Position numbers and translations under genes: made by a program. DNA of 64,000 nucleotides. Source: Negaprion brevirostris (lineage: Eukaryota). The stretch spans positions 14,261,003 to 14,325,002 of the forward strand of contig JARDVH010000128.1 in the NCBI GenBank assembly GCA_030324005.1. Reading direction: 5' to 3'. The notes beneath the pieces were generated by a model, which saw only the letters and a program-made list of their open reading frames with translations, did not search any database and was not told the origin of the DNA. Each line of letters starts with the position of its first letter. The stretch's first letter is position 1. Shown piece after piece: positions 63,962-64,000 of this stretch.

Positions 63962-64000
63962 AGCTTTGACAAAGGGTCATCTGGATTTGAAACGTCAGCT
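63962..64000 (+). ncRNA. Minimal type I hammerhead ribozyme-like motif (U3-A8 variant) in an inverted Penelope terminal repeat
   Basis: AGCT-TTGACAA-A-gggtc atctg gattt-GAAA-CG-TC-AGCT gives stem I, core, stem II, GAAA, palindromic ACGT stem III and a GUC triplet. Confidence 0.55.

Noticed and set aside
1-64000. Prokaryotic systems (CRISPR arrays, operons, IS elements)
   Set aside because: The sequence is vertebrate intronic DNA; no regularly spaced repeat-spacer array or dense ORFs were seen.

Overview
AT-rich vertebrate DNA from a shark. The repeat complement (HE1/V-SINEs, SacSINE1-like Deu-SINEs, CR1/L2 LINEs, Penelope termini) indicates an elasmobranch; a carcharhiniform is my inference. 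The only confidently coding feature is one 149-bp + strand exon (26019-26167) of LMF1, equivalent to human exon 4. The rest is therefore most likely LMF1 intron 3 (at least 26 kb) and intron 4 (at least 37 kb), with many N gaps. The introns are packed with nested retroelements. Most notable observations: (1) Penelope terminal repeats that fold as minimal hammerhead ribozymes, one family carrying a compensatory U3-A8 core; (2) a candidate nested antisense exon or microprotein gene at about 57.0-57.8 kb; (3) three local 150-200 bp duplications, one of them inverted; (4) a solo LTR with a target-site duplication; (5) several repeat-free, motif-dense islands that may be long-range SOX8 enhancers, since LMF1 is head-to-head with SOX8 in mammals. 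Repeat boundaries are approximate and family names come from recognition, not database searches. Most ORFs in the supplied track are spurious.
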